DNA of 62,066 nucleotides, the filler included, from Choristocarpus tenellus KU-1152 (taxonomy: Eukaryota > Protista > Phaeophyceae), in the NCBI GenBank assembly GCA_964200185.2. It is 8 parts of 8 records of this genome, joined end to end, with 100 filler letters (N's around TTAATTAATTAA, not from the genome) between each part and the next. Parts side by side here need not be neighbours in the genome. Positions count along the whole stretch, not along the records: positions 21,311 to 26,938 come from CAXNAD020010199.1; positions 27,039 to 32,706 come from CAXNAD020010078.1; positions 32,807 to 50,397 come from CAXNAD020000658.1; 5 more parts are not named here. One strand, given 5' to 3'. Under the pieces are notes generated by a model, which saw nothing but the letters and a program-made list of their open reading frames with translations, made no database searches and was not told the DNA's origin. Positions 26,863-39,959 of this stretch are shown here, in pieces. Every line of letters begins with the position of its first letter. The stretch's first letter is position 1. The position numbers and the translations under genes were made by a program.

Positions 26863-29800
26863 CGCGCCTTCCCCGGCACCGTGGTTGCGTCGGCAGAAGG
26901 GGGGTTGGGGGGGTGGAGAGTGTGGGGAGGCTGGTGTGNNNNNNNNNNNNNNNNNNNNNNNNNNNNNNNNNNNNNNNNNNNNTTAATTAATTAANNNNNN
27001 NNNNNNNNNNNNNNNNNNNNNNNNNNNNNNNNNNNNNNGGATGAGGCGCGAGCGGGAATGGGCACGGGGCTGGGGATGATCCCCCCTGTTTCCGGTCTTG
27101 GCCAAGGGACTAACTATGGGGTGGTGGCGCCGTCGGACAACTCATCTAATGGCTTGCTTATGGCTGGTTGATTGGGTGGCAGGGTGGCCTCACTGTAGTA
27201 GTAGCTCCCCGCCCTCCTACATGAGAGTTGTTGCTGTTGTGCTTGTATGTATGCTGTCTCTTATGTTTATTTGGCGCTTGCATGCCTGTAGTCTCATATC
27301 TCACTCGCCCTCCACCCCAGCCCTGTTGTCGACTGCTTTTTTTTTTTTATTGGCCTTAACTTTTTATTTATTTATTTTTTTTCGGCGGGAGGTTTGTGGG
27401 AGAGTCTAAAGCCTTGAGCCTGACTCTGCCAGGATGTTCCTCCTCGTGAGATCTACAGCATTATGTATTCTTGACAATGTGTGCTCTACACTACACACAT
27501 TGGGCACCTTGAATATGGGATGACTATTTGGGGCTGAGGAGGGAGGGGGAAGTAGGGCCATATGCAGTAGTGCCAGATCTTGTCCTTGACCAGGATGTAT
27601 TTCAGGGGAGTTAGCATGGAGTATTCTTGACAACAGAGGGTATATGTAGGGGTTAGGCTTTGTCCTATAACACAGATGGAGGAGGAAAATGATACCCTAT
27701 GGGGGAAACTAGGGCGTGTCTGTGCTACTGCGATGATGCATCTCTCGCCATGAGCCCTATTTGGAAGGGCTAGCAATACCTCTGAGGATTGCGTCAAGAG
27801 GGTTGCCTGGACACTGCGTTTTGTGGTGGTTGCTCTTGTGGTGGGCTGCTTCTCCTTAAAGATGCACCACTCAATTGGAAAAAACTGCGGCATTCTAGTG
27901 CATTTCCTTACATTCTTGTGTTAGTTAGTAAAGTGGAGCTGGGGTGGAGGTGGAGTGGATCCTAGTTGTGGTTAGGTTCTGCTCATGTATGTGGAAGCCC
28001 CGTGCGACAGTGCAACCTGAGGTTCTTTTGTTTACTTCAGTACAGGAGTTATCGTGTGATGCCCTGCAGGTGTGAGGTGGTTCAGACGTTTGTGTAGAAT
28101 TGAGTAGTTTGTGCTGTTTAAGCAATGGCTCTGTATCATTTTTATCTGGTGTCTGTGTTTTTTGTGTGTGTTTGTGTGTGTGTGTGTGTGTGTGCGTGTG
28201 TGTGTGTGTGTGTAGTTGGTTTTGCATCTGTGTTTGTGTGGGCAAGCATATATACTACGTTGTAAATGATTTTTTGCACCACAGGTACACAATGTAGAGA
28301 GAGGTAAGCGGTCATGTCCGCAAAATGTGCAATGAGTAGGCTGGTTCATGTCTGGACATCACAGGCATCTCTTGTGTACAAGAGAGGGTAGGGTTGCTAT
28401 TTGCAGTCCTTTTTGGCTTTCTTTAGTCTTGTCATGTCAGTCAGTGAACCTTGTTCTATGCTGTTGCTGCTGTAATTGAAGGAATCGATGCGATTTCTGT
28501 TTCTGTTGTTAGGGTATTGTGGAGACCTCTTGCAAAGGGAAGTAGTCAGGTTCGTTCACCAACAAGGCAAGAAGTTGCAAAAACGACAAAATTGGGTTAG
28601 GGTTTGGAGGTTTTGTGCACACACCCTTTCATCATATGTTGAAACCCCTGCTGAGACAGAGCAACATGGAGAACTAGACCTCTACAGTGTTATGCATGTG
28701 GGGTAATTGGAACCGAAAAGGTGGTGCATCCCCCAAATGCTAACTAGTGCCATGCCTGTCAAGTCTCTTACACATAGATACATCACTTTGCAATTTGCCT
28801 GCACAAGATCTTGCAGCCCATCTAAGGGCCTGTTCTGTCAGTAAAGTCATGATATCATAATAATTTCCTTTTGTGTTTGTTCTGTTGCAGGCCATACTGG
28901 AAACGTAAGCAGCAGTTTAATTTTCAGTAGATGCTTGTGAATATTTTTCTGTGCAAAATGCTTTTGAGCATACACTATGGCTAAGAATGCCTACAAATTT
29001 GTTACATAGGGTCCTGCACATGCTCTGTGTGTGCTTCATTTCATTGACTGTGTGGAAGGAAGCGTTGCCACAAAACATAAGCCAAGGACTGCCTAAGTCA
29101 TTATGGTGGTGGAGTCAATTGTCTCAAAAAGCCTGTGTTTTGTAGAGAGAGAGAGAGAGATCAATGCAATAGCAGCCTGGACCTCGGGGTTGCAATGGAC
29201 TGGGAAGGTTGGAGTAATATTCACAAGTGGTGCTGATAGTGTTCCAAGGAGCAGGTTACACTATGGACAACCTGACAGAGACCCCAGTTGTCATGGCATT
29301 ACACCCTGGCTATGTGAAAAGCCCTGAGGATATGGTGGTGTTCACTCGCTCCTTGGAACTGGGGTTGTCCACAAGTGTGGAGGAAGGAGAGGGGAGAATG
29401 TTGTGGTTCTGACCTGGACATGTGTGCTATGTGGCCTTGGAAGATCGATCTGGGACCCACATTCCCTTGCCTTGGTACGGACACAAATTTTAGTTGGTAT
29501 CTTTCGGGAGGACACAAACTCGCTGCTTGGAACACACGTATATCTGAAACTTGAAAATAACTTTTGGTCAAGTAGAGATGCCATCAGTGCTCGGTATTAT
29601 CGTTGAGTTCCTTCTAGAGCTGCCCTAGTTTTTTTTTATTGTTCACATCTGACGCGGACCCTGAGAAGCCTTTAAGACTCTTGAGATATCTGACCATCGT
29701 GACAATTGGTTGAAGTACTATATCCATACATATACACAATGTAGGTAAAAGGTAACAGCTAAAGAGTGGAATGACTAGAAGTACCAGCTTCAGGGCCTTG

Positions 29801-29880
29801 TACGGGAGTGGGTAGTAGGTGTGATGGGATCAGGTCGACGGCAAGCCTGGGTGATTTTGTTTCAACATTTAACAACAAAA

Positions 29881-30144
29881 GAGCCAAAGTACCTTATAGA
29901 GGGTAGAGCCATGTCCGTTTGGGGGCCAAAATCCAATGTTGTGATTTTGATGTAATTTTGGGCATTGTGTTTGTTAGGAAGTGTCAATATCCTTGTTCTG
30001 GACACACCTTTTCATAACGTATACATTCTAACTACTCCAAAATATTTCGGAGTAGTTAAAATGTCATAAAACCCCCGAGGGAAGCCAAGCCCCCCTCAAT
30101 GGACAAACAGGGCAAAACTCGTACCCTCTAAGATACTTTCACTC
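29881..30144 (+). mobile_element. MITE family A copy
   Basis: Both TIRs (left one degenerate); flanks AAAA/AAAC. Confidence 0.92.
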
Positions 30145-32297
30145 AAACGTCAACAGCTATCAGAGAGCAGAACCGTGCCAGACAGCAGACTGGTCCATGT
30201 TAAGACATGTCATAACAGCGGTGGACTAGAGGCATTGAGATTCAAACCTGGACCGGGCTGCAGGCTGGTTCGAGTGGAATGTGTGTTCAAGCATAGTCGG
30301 ACCAGGACCACTGGAGAGTTTATGGAACGACTCATCATCACTCATCGATACTCAGCAGAAAAAAAGTATTATGTAGTAAGTACATAATACATAGTAGTAG
30401 TAGGATGTGTTACTAATTAACTGGACCACTAAATGGTTATCAAAGATTATATCCGGACCCGACCACAGACCAACCTCATGAAATATGTGTCCTATTAGGG
30501 TCGGACTGGAGCCATCAAGATAGTAACTGGACCGGGCAGCGGTTTGCTGTCCTGTGTAGAGCCCTGGTCAGATTGCCACCCACCTCCCAAAATAGAGATC
30601 CAGTACAACAAAATGTCTACACAAAGAAGAGGCAAATTGAGGCGGGCTGGAGGGCTTCCTCAGTTAAGAAGTAAGGCTTGCACATTCTCACCTGCTTGTA
30701 CCTTCTAGGATAAATCAGGTGAGACACGCCTTCCCCCCAACAACAATTTCCACTTTAGGGGTGGGGACAATGTTCGAGTTAGACAGAAAAAAAGGGCATT
30801 GTACTCTGTAGGAGGGCGTAGCGTAAGCCCATCCAAAAGATACCCACAAAGCTGCATGGAGAATTTGCAAGGACACTCTCACTTGGGCGAGCACGTACCA
30901 GCTCCGTTTTCGTCCTTACTGCCCTGTTTTGTCCATGAATAGCTAGCTGACACTTAATTTGTGAAAAATTCAAGGAAAGTCACCATCACAGAAGAGGAGT
31001 GATACTTTCGTCATACCCAAATCTTAAAAAAAAAATGCTGGAAGGAAAAATAGTGTACAAAAAAGAACTCAGAGGTTGCCACTCTAAGTTTGAAAACTTT
31101 CCACTCCCAAGTAAAATAAATAATAGAATCGAAACAAAAATCTCCCATCGTTAAAATGATTAAAAAATAGGTCAAGTCGGCAAGGTGATCCGACCAAGAT
31201 TACCCTGGAGGCTTCAGTCTCCTTAATAAACTCAACAATTACAATAGATTGGGCAATACTTGCAAGCAATGGTGAGCAAAACGTTCCCCTCCCTGGCACC
31301 AAGGAATCTACACAGCCTGCAAAAAACCAGAGGATATCAAGAGGTGTAACAAAGGTTGAAAAACATGGTTGATTGGAAATTGAATGGATGGACTGGGAAA
31401 CCCGAGGGCAATCTCGAATTTTGACTAGAATAAGAAAAACAATGCTTGTTTTGTTCATCTTGACTTGGTCTTTACCTGCTGACCTCTTGAAACATCACCC
31501 CTTTCTCATTGTGCTACATCACACAGATGATCACATTTTTCCTATTGTGCTCATTTGAGGGAATGAATAGCAGGACCATTTATAATGAAAGAGGTCTAGG
31601 TATCAGGGCTGAATAATATGCACAAGAATAGTGGCTTATCTGTGGGTGATATAAATGGGATCGATTTCTGTAAGTTCCAAGAGATGTATTGGGTGGGGTG
31701 TTGGAAGGGGCAGGCAGGTACATGCTTGTATTGCTGCAAGACATCACCTATCCTTCAAGCATGTTCACCTCAAGGTGAACAGGGAGGGAAAACCAGGCAC
31801 AAATACCCAGCTTCATCCAACCAACACGTCTTTGCTAGATCCTCTACTCAGCTACATGCGGCGACTTTCAAAAGTTTACCTAAAGTCAAATGCAGCGATA
31901 ACTGATTCAAGTGCCCTACTCAGGACAGATACAATTGGTACCCCAGTTCCAATCCGTTTCCCCTTGTACCAGCATTACCCCTTCAAAACACCTCGAATCC
32001 ATTGTGCAAATCTGAAGTACCACATCAGTGCACCTTGCAAACCCTCTCAGCTCTCGCCACGCACCCTCTTGAACAATGCTGATATCTAGGTATTGAGACC
32101 ATACCATACTTCAAGGAACAATAACCAACAACACAATGCCCCATTTGCACAAAAATGAAAGAACAGGTGCAATCAAATGCAACACGTAGCAACGGTACAA
32201 AAAACAAGAGATCCCCCCCCCCTCCCCCCCCACCACCCCAACATGCCTTCTGTTTCTAACCCCTGAACTATTACTATCAATGGTGCAGGCCCTTCCA

Positions 32298-32631
32298 TCA
32301 CCACAGCACCCACGATCCCAACTGGCACTCCCCAAGCCCAAGCATGTGGAAGATACCAGCAGCTCCTAGAGCTGATAGCACTGGCAGCACTGCGTTGTCA
32401 TCTAATGCCAAGGGAAATGAATCGTACGGAAGAGTCTTTTGCGGACTCGGCACACAGACCTCCACCAACGCAGCCCAGGAGCCAATCAGAATTGCCGCTG
32501 ACACCAGCTGCAGTGGGGAAGGGGCAACCTCAAAGGTCCCTCGCGACAAAGTAAGGATATTAGCAGCTGTTAGTCCCACTGCTGCACCAAGGGTCCCAAG
32601 TATGCCTTTCCCAGACGGCATTCGAGACCAC
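32298..32631 (-). CDS. Terminal exon of a cytidylyltransferase-fold membrane kinase (phytol/dolichol/diacylglycerol kinase-like)
   Basis: AG acceptor at 32632-33; SGKGILGTLG motif, hydrophobic helices and LDDNAVLPV, resembling the family's K-x-x-x-G and DN-x-x-x-P motifs; TGA stop; upstream exons not seen before the gap. Confidence 0.7.
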
Positions 32632-32808
32632 CTCCAGGTAAGGAAGAACAGGAGGGTGACAGGGGGGGTGGGGGGAGGGGTGGACTAGCATAATGGGGTA
32701 AAGAGGNNNNNNNNNNNNNNNNNNNNNNNNNNNNNNNNNNNNNNNNNNNNTTAATTAATTAANNNNNNNNNNNNNNNNNNNNNNNNNNNNNNNNNNNNNN
32801 NNNNNNGG

Positions 32809-32845
<37 letters not shown>

Positions 32846-33731
32846 ATATCATACCATCATGTAGAGGGCCTGAGCGTTTGTTGGGTTCAAAGCATGGTGT
32901 TCATCAAGCAAAATAAATAATCGCAAGAAAGCAATCAGAACAGGGCCAAAACATCTCCTCAGTAGTATCAACTCATTTGTGATAGGATGGTACTTTGTTC
33001 AGTGGTCGATCACCTCTCCCATCAAATACCTTCATATTATTGACCTACAAATTTGTTATGACTTTGCACATTGATATTGAGAACATTCTTTCCAGAAACC
33101 AAGTAACAGACAGCTCAGCACGATATATTTCCACCCACCCACCCTGTGATACTTTTCCCTTCCCATACCCTGAACCGGATCAGGGTATTGTTTGCTCCTC
33201 TATAGTCTGAACTTTCTTTACCCAGGGATGCTGCTATGATAATCTCATGCACAACAGAAATTTCTACACACTTAGAAGGCCACAGGTACGGCCCATCACT
33301 CAAGACTCTTTGATTGATCTATCAATGCACTCCTTTCAGATCATAACTCTTGAAATTACATGTACTCTGGGTAGGGTGAGATGGAGATCGAGCCGGGGGC
33401 AGGGGCTTGGGTTGGGCATATTGATCTGAGGGAAGATCTGGTATAATGTCTTCCCAATAGATATGCGGGAGAATGGGAGTGGGGTTAATACATGCATATC
33501 ATAGGGACAAACACGATGAACCCGGAAAATCATAGACAAAAAAGGTCTTGAAGTATTCAATACTGACAATCTCGGATCAAATCACTAACAACTTTCAAAG
33601 AAAGTCAAAGCAGCCCATGCCCTCAACCAAGTTGACTGACTGAGTTGTCATGAGGGAGCACAGGAGAGACTTGCAACCGGCACTACCCTCAAAAGCAAAA
33701 CTAGCAAGATAACATGGAGGTTTCCACTCAC

Positions 33732-35970
33732 ATCCTCAAGGCGTTGGAAGTTGTTCACCAAGGCTTCCAGCCCTGCCGCAGCAGCCACACCTGCTTGTCT
33801 CATCCCCCCCCCCAATGACTTACGAAGACGGCGGGCCTATGTAGGCAACAGGAATACACAAAGGAAGAAGAGTGTAGAGGTGTGAACCAAAGGTCTGTTA
33901 AATCCAACAGTCGGTTCAAAGGTAGCTGGCATTTCTTGTTACATAAAAATGATGAAAAGTCACCTACAAACTGCAACACAGTCCCCCATATCCTAAGCCC
34001 TTCCAAGGTGGTGAAGTTAAGTATCACCCCTTTACAACACAGCACCTCGTGTATGAATTCCTCGTCTCCGACCAGTACTGAGCCCAAAGGCGCCCCCAAT
34101 CCTTTGCTGAGGCACACCGATATAGTGTCTGCTTCCTTCACCAAGACCGATGGCCTCTCCTTAAGAGCAATGGCAGCATTCCATAGCCTTGCCCCTTGTG
34201 AGATAAAAACAGGTTGAGGTGGTAAGCACACAACCATAATTCACATGTATCGAAGGACCTTTACTACTCCCCTACCTATCTGTGTGAGTGACGGAATGCT
34301 TGAGAGGGTTGTTTAGAGGGTAACAGCAAGAATTCACCCTACTGACTAATGCACAAGTGGAAAGTGTACCCTTTATACCAGCTGATATGATGCATTAGTA
34401 TTATTCCCTGTATTTGACCAACACATCAATTACACACACAAAAATATATAAAGACATGAATGCACAAACTTGTTCTAAAGCAAGTAAATACTTTAACGAT
34501 CCACTTTTTCACATTGTACCTACCAATGGGTCGGTAGAAAAGATTGGCTGTGTTGATGATGCTGAGTTGGAATAATGGATATTACATCCCTTACCATGAC
34601 AGCGAACACTTTCTACTGCAGCAGAACTTTTCAACATACTTTGCATACTACACGGGTGACACAGAATAGAACCAACGTCAGCCAAATCTAGTCAATGTTC
34701 TTGCAAAATATTAGAACCAATTTGTATAGAATTGATATAATTCCCTTACCATCAATGTGAACTTTCAACCCCTTTCCATGTGCTGCCTCGCTTATCTCCC
34801 TCATGTAGTTTGTGCCCAGAACTCGCCCACCACACATATTGTGTGTGTTTTCCAGGCAGAGTAGGGATGTTCTTAAAGAATAGGGAGAAGTAGTTGCGCT
34901 GACTGTGTCAGCTAGGAGTGATCTAGATTGAACAGCAATATGTCTAATGTGCGCACCACATGTGTGCATTCAGTGTGGCGTCATGTTTTCAAGTGCAAGT
35001 GGTGCCGAGTTCCGCTCTCCGACGGTAGTGATTTTTCCCTGCAGTACTTTGCAAGGGTAAGGCAACTAGAATTGGGTGCTTCTGCTTCAAACTCTGCAAC
35101 TTCCGACGATAGGGGAAATATGATAGGTGAGTCAAGTCGCAACTGCCAACACTTCCACTGACTCTCTTTGTCTATTTCCTGCAATTAATTGAAACTTGTT
35201 TGAGGATATTATCCCTGAGGTCCCAGGCACCCACACCTATGCACGCAGCGCACTTTCTCCGAGTATCCACATGAGCAATTCGGTTACCTGGCATAGTGTG
35301 GGTCATCTGGCTGTACCGCCTGCTTCATGTCCTCGATGCTTACTCCCCCACTCACGCAATTGGGGACAGTCTTGTAAGCGACGCCTAAAAAGGCACTCGC
35401 CCCACCGCCTTCATAGAGGAACATATGCGATTTATCGCCCAGGACGACCTCGTCTCCCCGCCGGCAGTGCGTCCCCACAGCGATTAGGTTCGCCATCGTC
35501 CCCCTGCCATATCGGGAGGGACAGAGTCACAGCAGCTACCAGTCTTGGCGTCGAATGCGGCAGAACGAGAACACTCGCACTATTTCCCAATGTAGGAAGT
35601 ACCCACGAACAGCGAAGAATGGCAATGAAGATGCAGTGAAATTACCGTTATCTACCATTATTTCCCTCCTGCGTGCTTACGTTGGCACCATCACCGCCGC
35701 ATCCTTCCCCAGCACACATGCAGCATAAGCCTCCAACTTCGACACAGTAGGGTCCTCGCCATACACATCATCACCAACCTCGGCTGCAGCCATTGCAGCC
35801 CTTAATGTCTTACAAGGGCGGGTGACCGTGTCACTTCTTAGGTCGACCACATCCTTCATGTCGTGATGAGGCTTAGATCCATATCGTCGCGTGATTAACT
35901 CATCTGCAGCTAAACTGCTCCTTCTCACAAGGTCATAATGCCTGACTAAGCAACGCATAGATAACGACAT
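33732..35970 (-). CDS. GLY1/ltaE: Low-specificity L-threonine aldolase (PLP-dependent), 5' part. Exons 35681-35970, 35288-35503, 34750-34871, 34046-34194, 33732-33836.
   Basis: All four GT-AG junctions splice in frame. Motifs: [55 protein letters not shown] (PLP lysine), [13 protein letters not shown]-terminal exons were not found before the gap at 32806. Confidence 0.95.
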
Positions 35971-36082
35971 CAGCGGTTCAGATGCTTGATGCGTTCCTCT
36001 GTAGGAGTTGTAGGAGTTGTGGTTGCATGAGGTTTTTGTGGTTATAAGTTGGATTTGTACGTATGTTGAGAGGATGTTAAGT

Positions 36083-36113
36083 TTAGGGTTAGGGTTAGAA
36101 TTAGGATTAGGGT
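36083..36113 (-). repeat. Degenerate telomere-like / telo-box run upstream of the threonine aldolase ATG
   Basis: ttagggttagggttagaattaggattagggt, about 110-140 bp 5' of the ATG. Confidence 0.6.
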
Positions 36114-36844
36114 AAATAAGGTGCAACTCCTATTAATACTTCATATTATTTATTATTTGTTACACAAAACACTTCTCATACTAAGTACTAGGAGGACAAC
36201 TCAGGAATTACCACGAAGTTTTCCACCATATTTTATTATTATGTGTCAGGGGTGAAACCTTACTGATCTTCTTCTTCTAACGACATTTGGTGGTGTAACA
36301 AAAAGTATATGGGCTTCCCATCTGAAAATGGGGTTATGGGAACCACAGTTTTCGTGAAAAGAACTCTGACAATGACCTAGGTTAGAATCTGTTTTATCTA
36401 TCCACACATTCATCCCCATGATATTTTTAGGGTGAGGTAGGAAATACATCCGATTTTGTTATCACCACCAGTCTATAAATATAGATAAACTATAAGACAT
36501 TGCGTGGAAACCATTTATCTATAGTACAACATAGATCGTCATAAAATAGCAAATAGAGGAAAGTTTTACACGTTTGTGACCACTATTACCTCTATAATAA
36601 GGATTTTTCAGACATATGAATGGTTTTCGTTAGTTTTCCTCTGACACATCTCGAACATGTGAGAGCGCATAATAACAAAATAGTAAGTGTTCAGCCATCA
36701 ACTCTTGTTCTTCAAAATAGAAGAACGAAAAACATAATGGAGATGACGGAGATGGATGGGGTAATACTAATTTCTTGGCATTACTTCTTACCCAAAAAAC
36801 TTCCAAAAACTTCGTTCAGATCTAAACTTCCTTGATCCCAAAAC

Positions 36845-37340
36845 TACTTACCCAAAACTTAATATTCTAAAACTTCCAAAACTTTCAACAGAAGTCTTTA
36901 CAACCTATCGTTATGGAGTTCATGATAATCACTCCCTCAAATCATTCCAGTGTTTGTGGAAATGCACCAATACCTTTTGATTCATGTTTTCATATCCCAG
37001 AGGAAATTGAGATCACGTCTCTACTCTTTTATGCAGTATCTCGGAGTTCGAGTCATGTAGTACTTCTTTGTAAAGTACTTACCCAAAACTTAATATTCCA
37101 AAACTTCCAAAACTTCCAAAACTTAAATCAAAGTTCAAAACTTTCAACAGAAGTCCTTACAACCTATCGTTATGGAGTTCATGATAATCACTCCTTCAAA
37201 TCATTCCAGTGTTTGTGGAAATGCACCAATACCTTATGATTCATGTTTTCATATCCCAGAGGAAATTGAGATCACGTCTCTACTCTTTTATGCAGTATCT
37301 CGGAGTTCGAGTCATGTAGTACTTCTTTGTAAAGTACTTT
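36845..37340. repeat. Near-identical tandem duplication, units ~36845-37080 and ~37081-37340
   Basis: The block ACCCAAAACTTAATATT...GTAGTACTTCTTTGTAAAGTACTT occurs twice with few substitutions; copy number of an AAAACTTCC sub-repeat varies. Confidence 0.95.
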
Positions 37341-39447
37341 GAGTGTCAGTGTAGTTTTACATTTCTGAAAATTCAAATATCAGAATATTATGGTTGTTAT
37401 GTGTGTATTTTCTCGAAATGACTAGGTGTCACTTTTTTCCAGATACCTTATAGTATTTTAAGTTATAAAAACACTATTGTTATGAAAGGTGATTTCGAGA
37501 ACGGTATTTATATCGTGACACAGTTTCCAATCAGTTGTAGGGCTGTGTGGTGTTCAGAATCACCAGTTGTGTTATGGTGGAGTGAGTGTTTGCAGCAATT
37601 CCAACGTTCTCTCACCCGTCAAATATTAGGAGAAATTTGAATGAAATCCTGGATCCGATGGGTGACGTCACATCCTTATGACCGTCAACGCCAAGCGATC
37701 AAAGGATTCTTCGAACTTCAGTGTGTTTAATATATACCCAGTAGCATATGGGACCATCACTAACGACAAAAAAAAGTGCGCGCGATACACTCATATGTGC
37801 GCGCGGATGTGAATTAGACTGAGATCACATCTCAACGGGACATGTCCGTCACATCACCCACCCCCCAGTGTGGGTTCGACCTGCACACGAGAAAAAAAAT
37901 GACTCACAGTCCCAGTCTGTTAACCTGTCCTTGACCATCTGTTGTCCCACACAACCAGTTATAATATTGTCTATTATTAGCTTGTAACACAGTTGAGAAC
38001 AGAGTGAGACACCATCACTAGATGGGGCTCACCAAGCCGTACAGTAAATGACTCAGAATACCAAATGAGTCAGCAGTTCTCTGGCACACGTCAGAAACAC
38101 TCCGACTCTAACACTCCGCCAATTGCCTTCTGGTCAAATACCCCGCCTAAATATCCTTCATGTCCCGCATCATCGTCTGTGCGTACATAAAATAGTACTT
38201 CGAATCTTATTCTCACAAATAAATGGTTAAGCATAATCTTTACACACTCCTCTGCTCTGATTATGCGGTGAGAATCAAACCAGTCCAAAATAAATCCCAA
38301 CTTCAAATCAACTCAATCTGCACACTTGTATTCCCACACAAGGACAAGCAAAATCTTGACACACTCCCCTGCTCTGTGATACAGCAAGAATCTAATGAAC
38401 TCAATCCGCACACTACTACCCATTATTTACAGTGCATGATAATTCTAGAGTGAATTTTAAACACGTTACTACTCAAAGCCTTTGTGAACAAATCCCCATG
38501 TTGACCACCTGAGTTTACATAGACAATCTGTGCCTTCCCCTCCTTCATCAAGTTCCATGCATAATGATATCTAATATCTGTATGTTTTGTCCTACCCCCG
38601 AAGCTGTCTTCTCAGTCAACTTGAGTGCCTCAATATTATCTTCAAGCAATCATACACAATACTTCTGCATAGTTTGCTCCAGAAAAAAATTGACTTGCTG
38701 CAAAAAAATAACCTCCTTAGTAACAGTCTTCTGCATTCTAGACCACCAGCTCACACATAAACACGTATGTACCCCCAAACATCACCAGGCCACCAGACAC
38801 AAAAATTCTTGAAATCTCACAATTGGCGTATTCTGCATCAGCATAGCCAATGAGTTTGTACCTAGGCGCAACACCATAAAAACTGAAATCGCCAAAAGTC
38901 AAGTCCCTCTTACTTGTTCTCAACAAATAAGCAATCACTCTTTCGGCCCCTTTCCAATCCGTCACTGTGGGATTCACACATTTCATCACTAGGCTCCTTA
39001 CCACAGATGATACATCAGGTCTTTTATAATAGGTGCCTACATCAAGCTCCGAACAATTGCACAATAACCGTCTCCAACTGGTCCCTCCTCAACATACTCT
39101 TCAGTAGTAGTAGTAGCAGCAGGAGGGTCGCAGCCATTCGTGATTATACATTTGGCTGCCAAGTTTTCAACATACACCTGTCGGTCTATGGAAACTGTCC
39201 CAAGTCCATAATCCCTGTTGATACATCCCATAAACTGTCCCTTCTCGCCAAGGTACTCCACAGGAAACTTCTTGTTTAATTCCTGAACTGAATCCAAGGC
39301 ATGCTTAGACCCCTTGCTGACCATAAGCATATCATCGATATGAATAAGCATGATTAGTACCAGTTCCCCATCCAACAACTATCTAAACAAACAAAGATCA
39401 GTCTTACACTGTTCTAGTCCCAGCTCCAGTATTGATACCACAAGTAG

Positions 39448-39959
39448 TGTTACAGGCGCCCCTCAGAACTCACCTACGCAGGATGTCCAACTCAAAGCCA
39501 ACGACCTCAAAACGACTCTATGAGGGGGGTCCACAGATGATAACCACGTACGGTGTCGGCTTTATGTTTAGCTCAGTCAATGTCTCGCTTTTCCTTTTAT
39601 CAAAAGATGTACATCAAAAAGAACTGAAAGGTGTGGTGAGCTTTTAGCCTTCTATTAGCTTTTATCCACCATTTTTCTACAGCCAAAGAGTTAAATGAAG
39701 TCTGCAAACTGCAATGTAGATACTTCAATCATAAATCTTTATTCTGCAACTTTCAAGAATTGACATCTATTCTGTAAGACTATGTTTGAATTTCGCATCT
39801 TACTCTACATCTCCTATCAAATTATAATTTATTCTGTAAGGCTACCTATGTGTTACTAATATCGTATATTGCTTCGCACTTGTCACACTATACGTCTGTC
39901 ACAAATGTTCGTGTTTGCTAAGACATGGGAAGAAACGCTCGCGCTATTCGCCTGTAACA
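39448..39959. mobile_element. Nested 512-bp element with 11-bp TIR TGTTACAGGCG (solo LTR or Ginger-like MITE)
   Basis: TGTTACAGGCG...CGCCTGTAACA; 4-bp TSD GTAG/GTAG; interrupts the copia RT. Confidence 0.85.

Noticed and set aside
26431-26994. ORFs with poly-Pro or poly-Gly tracts
   Set aside because: Translation of a poly-C run near a contig end and of (TG)n repeats
30161-30554. Possible hAT-like MITE (CAG...CTG imperfect ends, repeated GGACC motifs)
   Set aside because: Inverted repeats are weak, there is no 8-bp TSD and no second copy in the window
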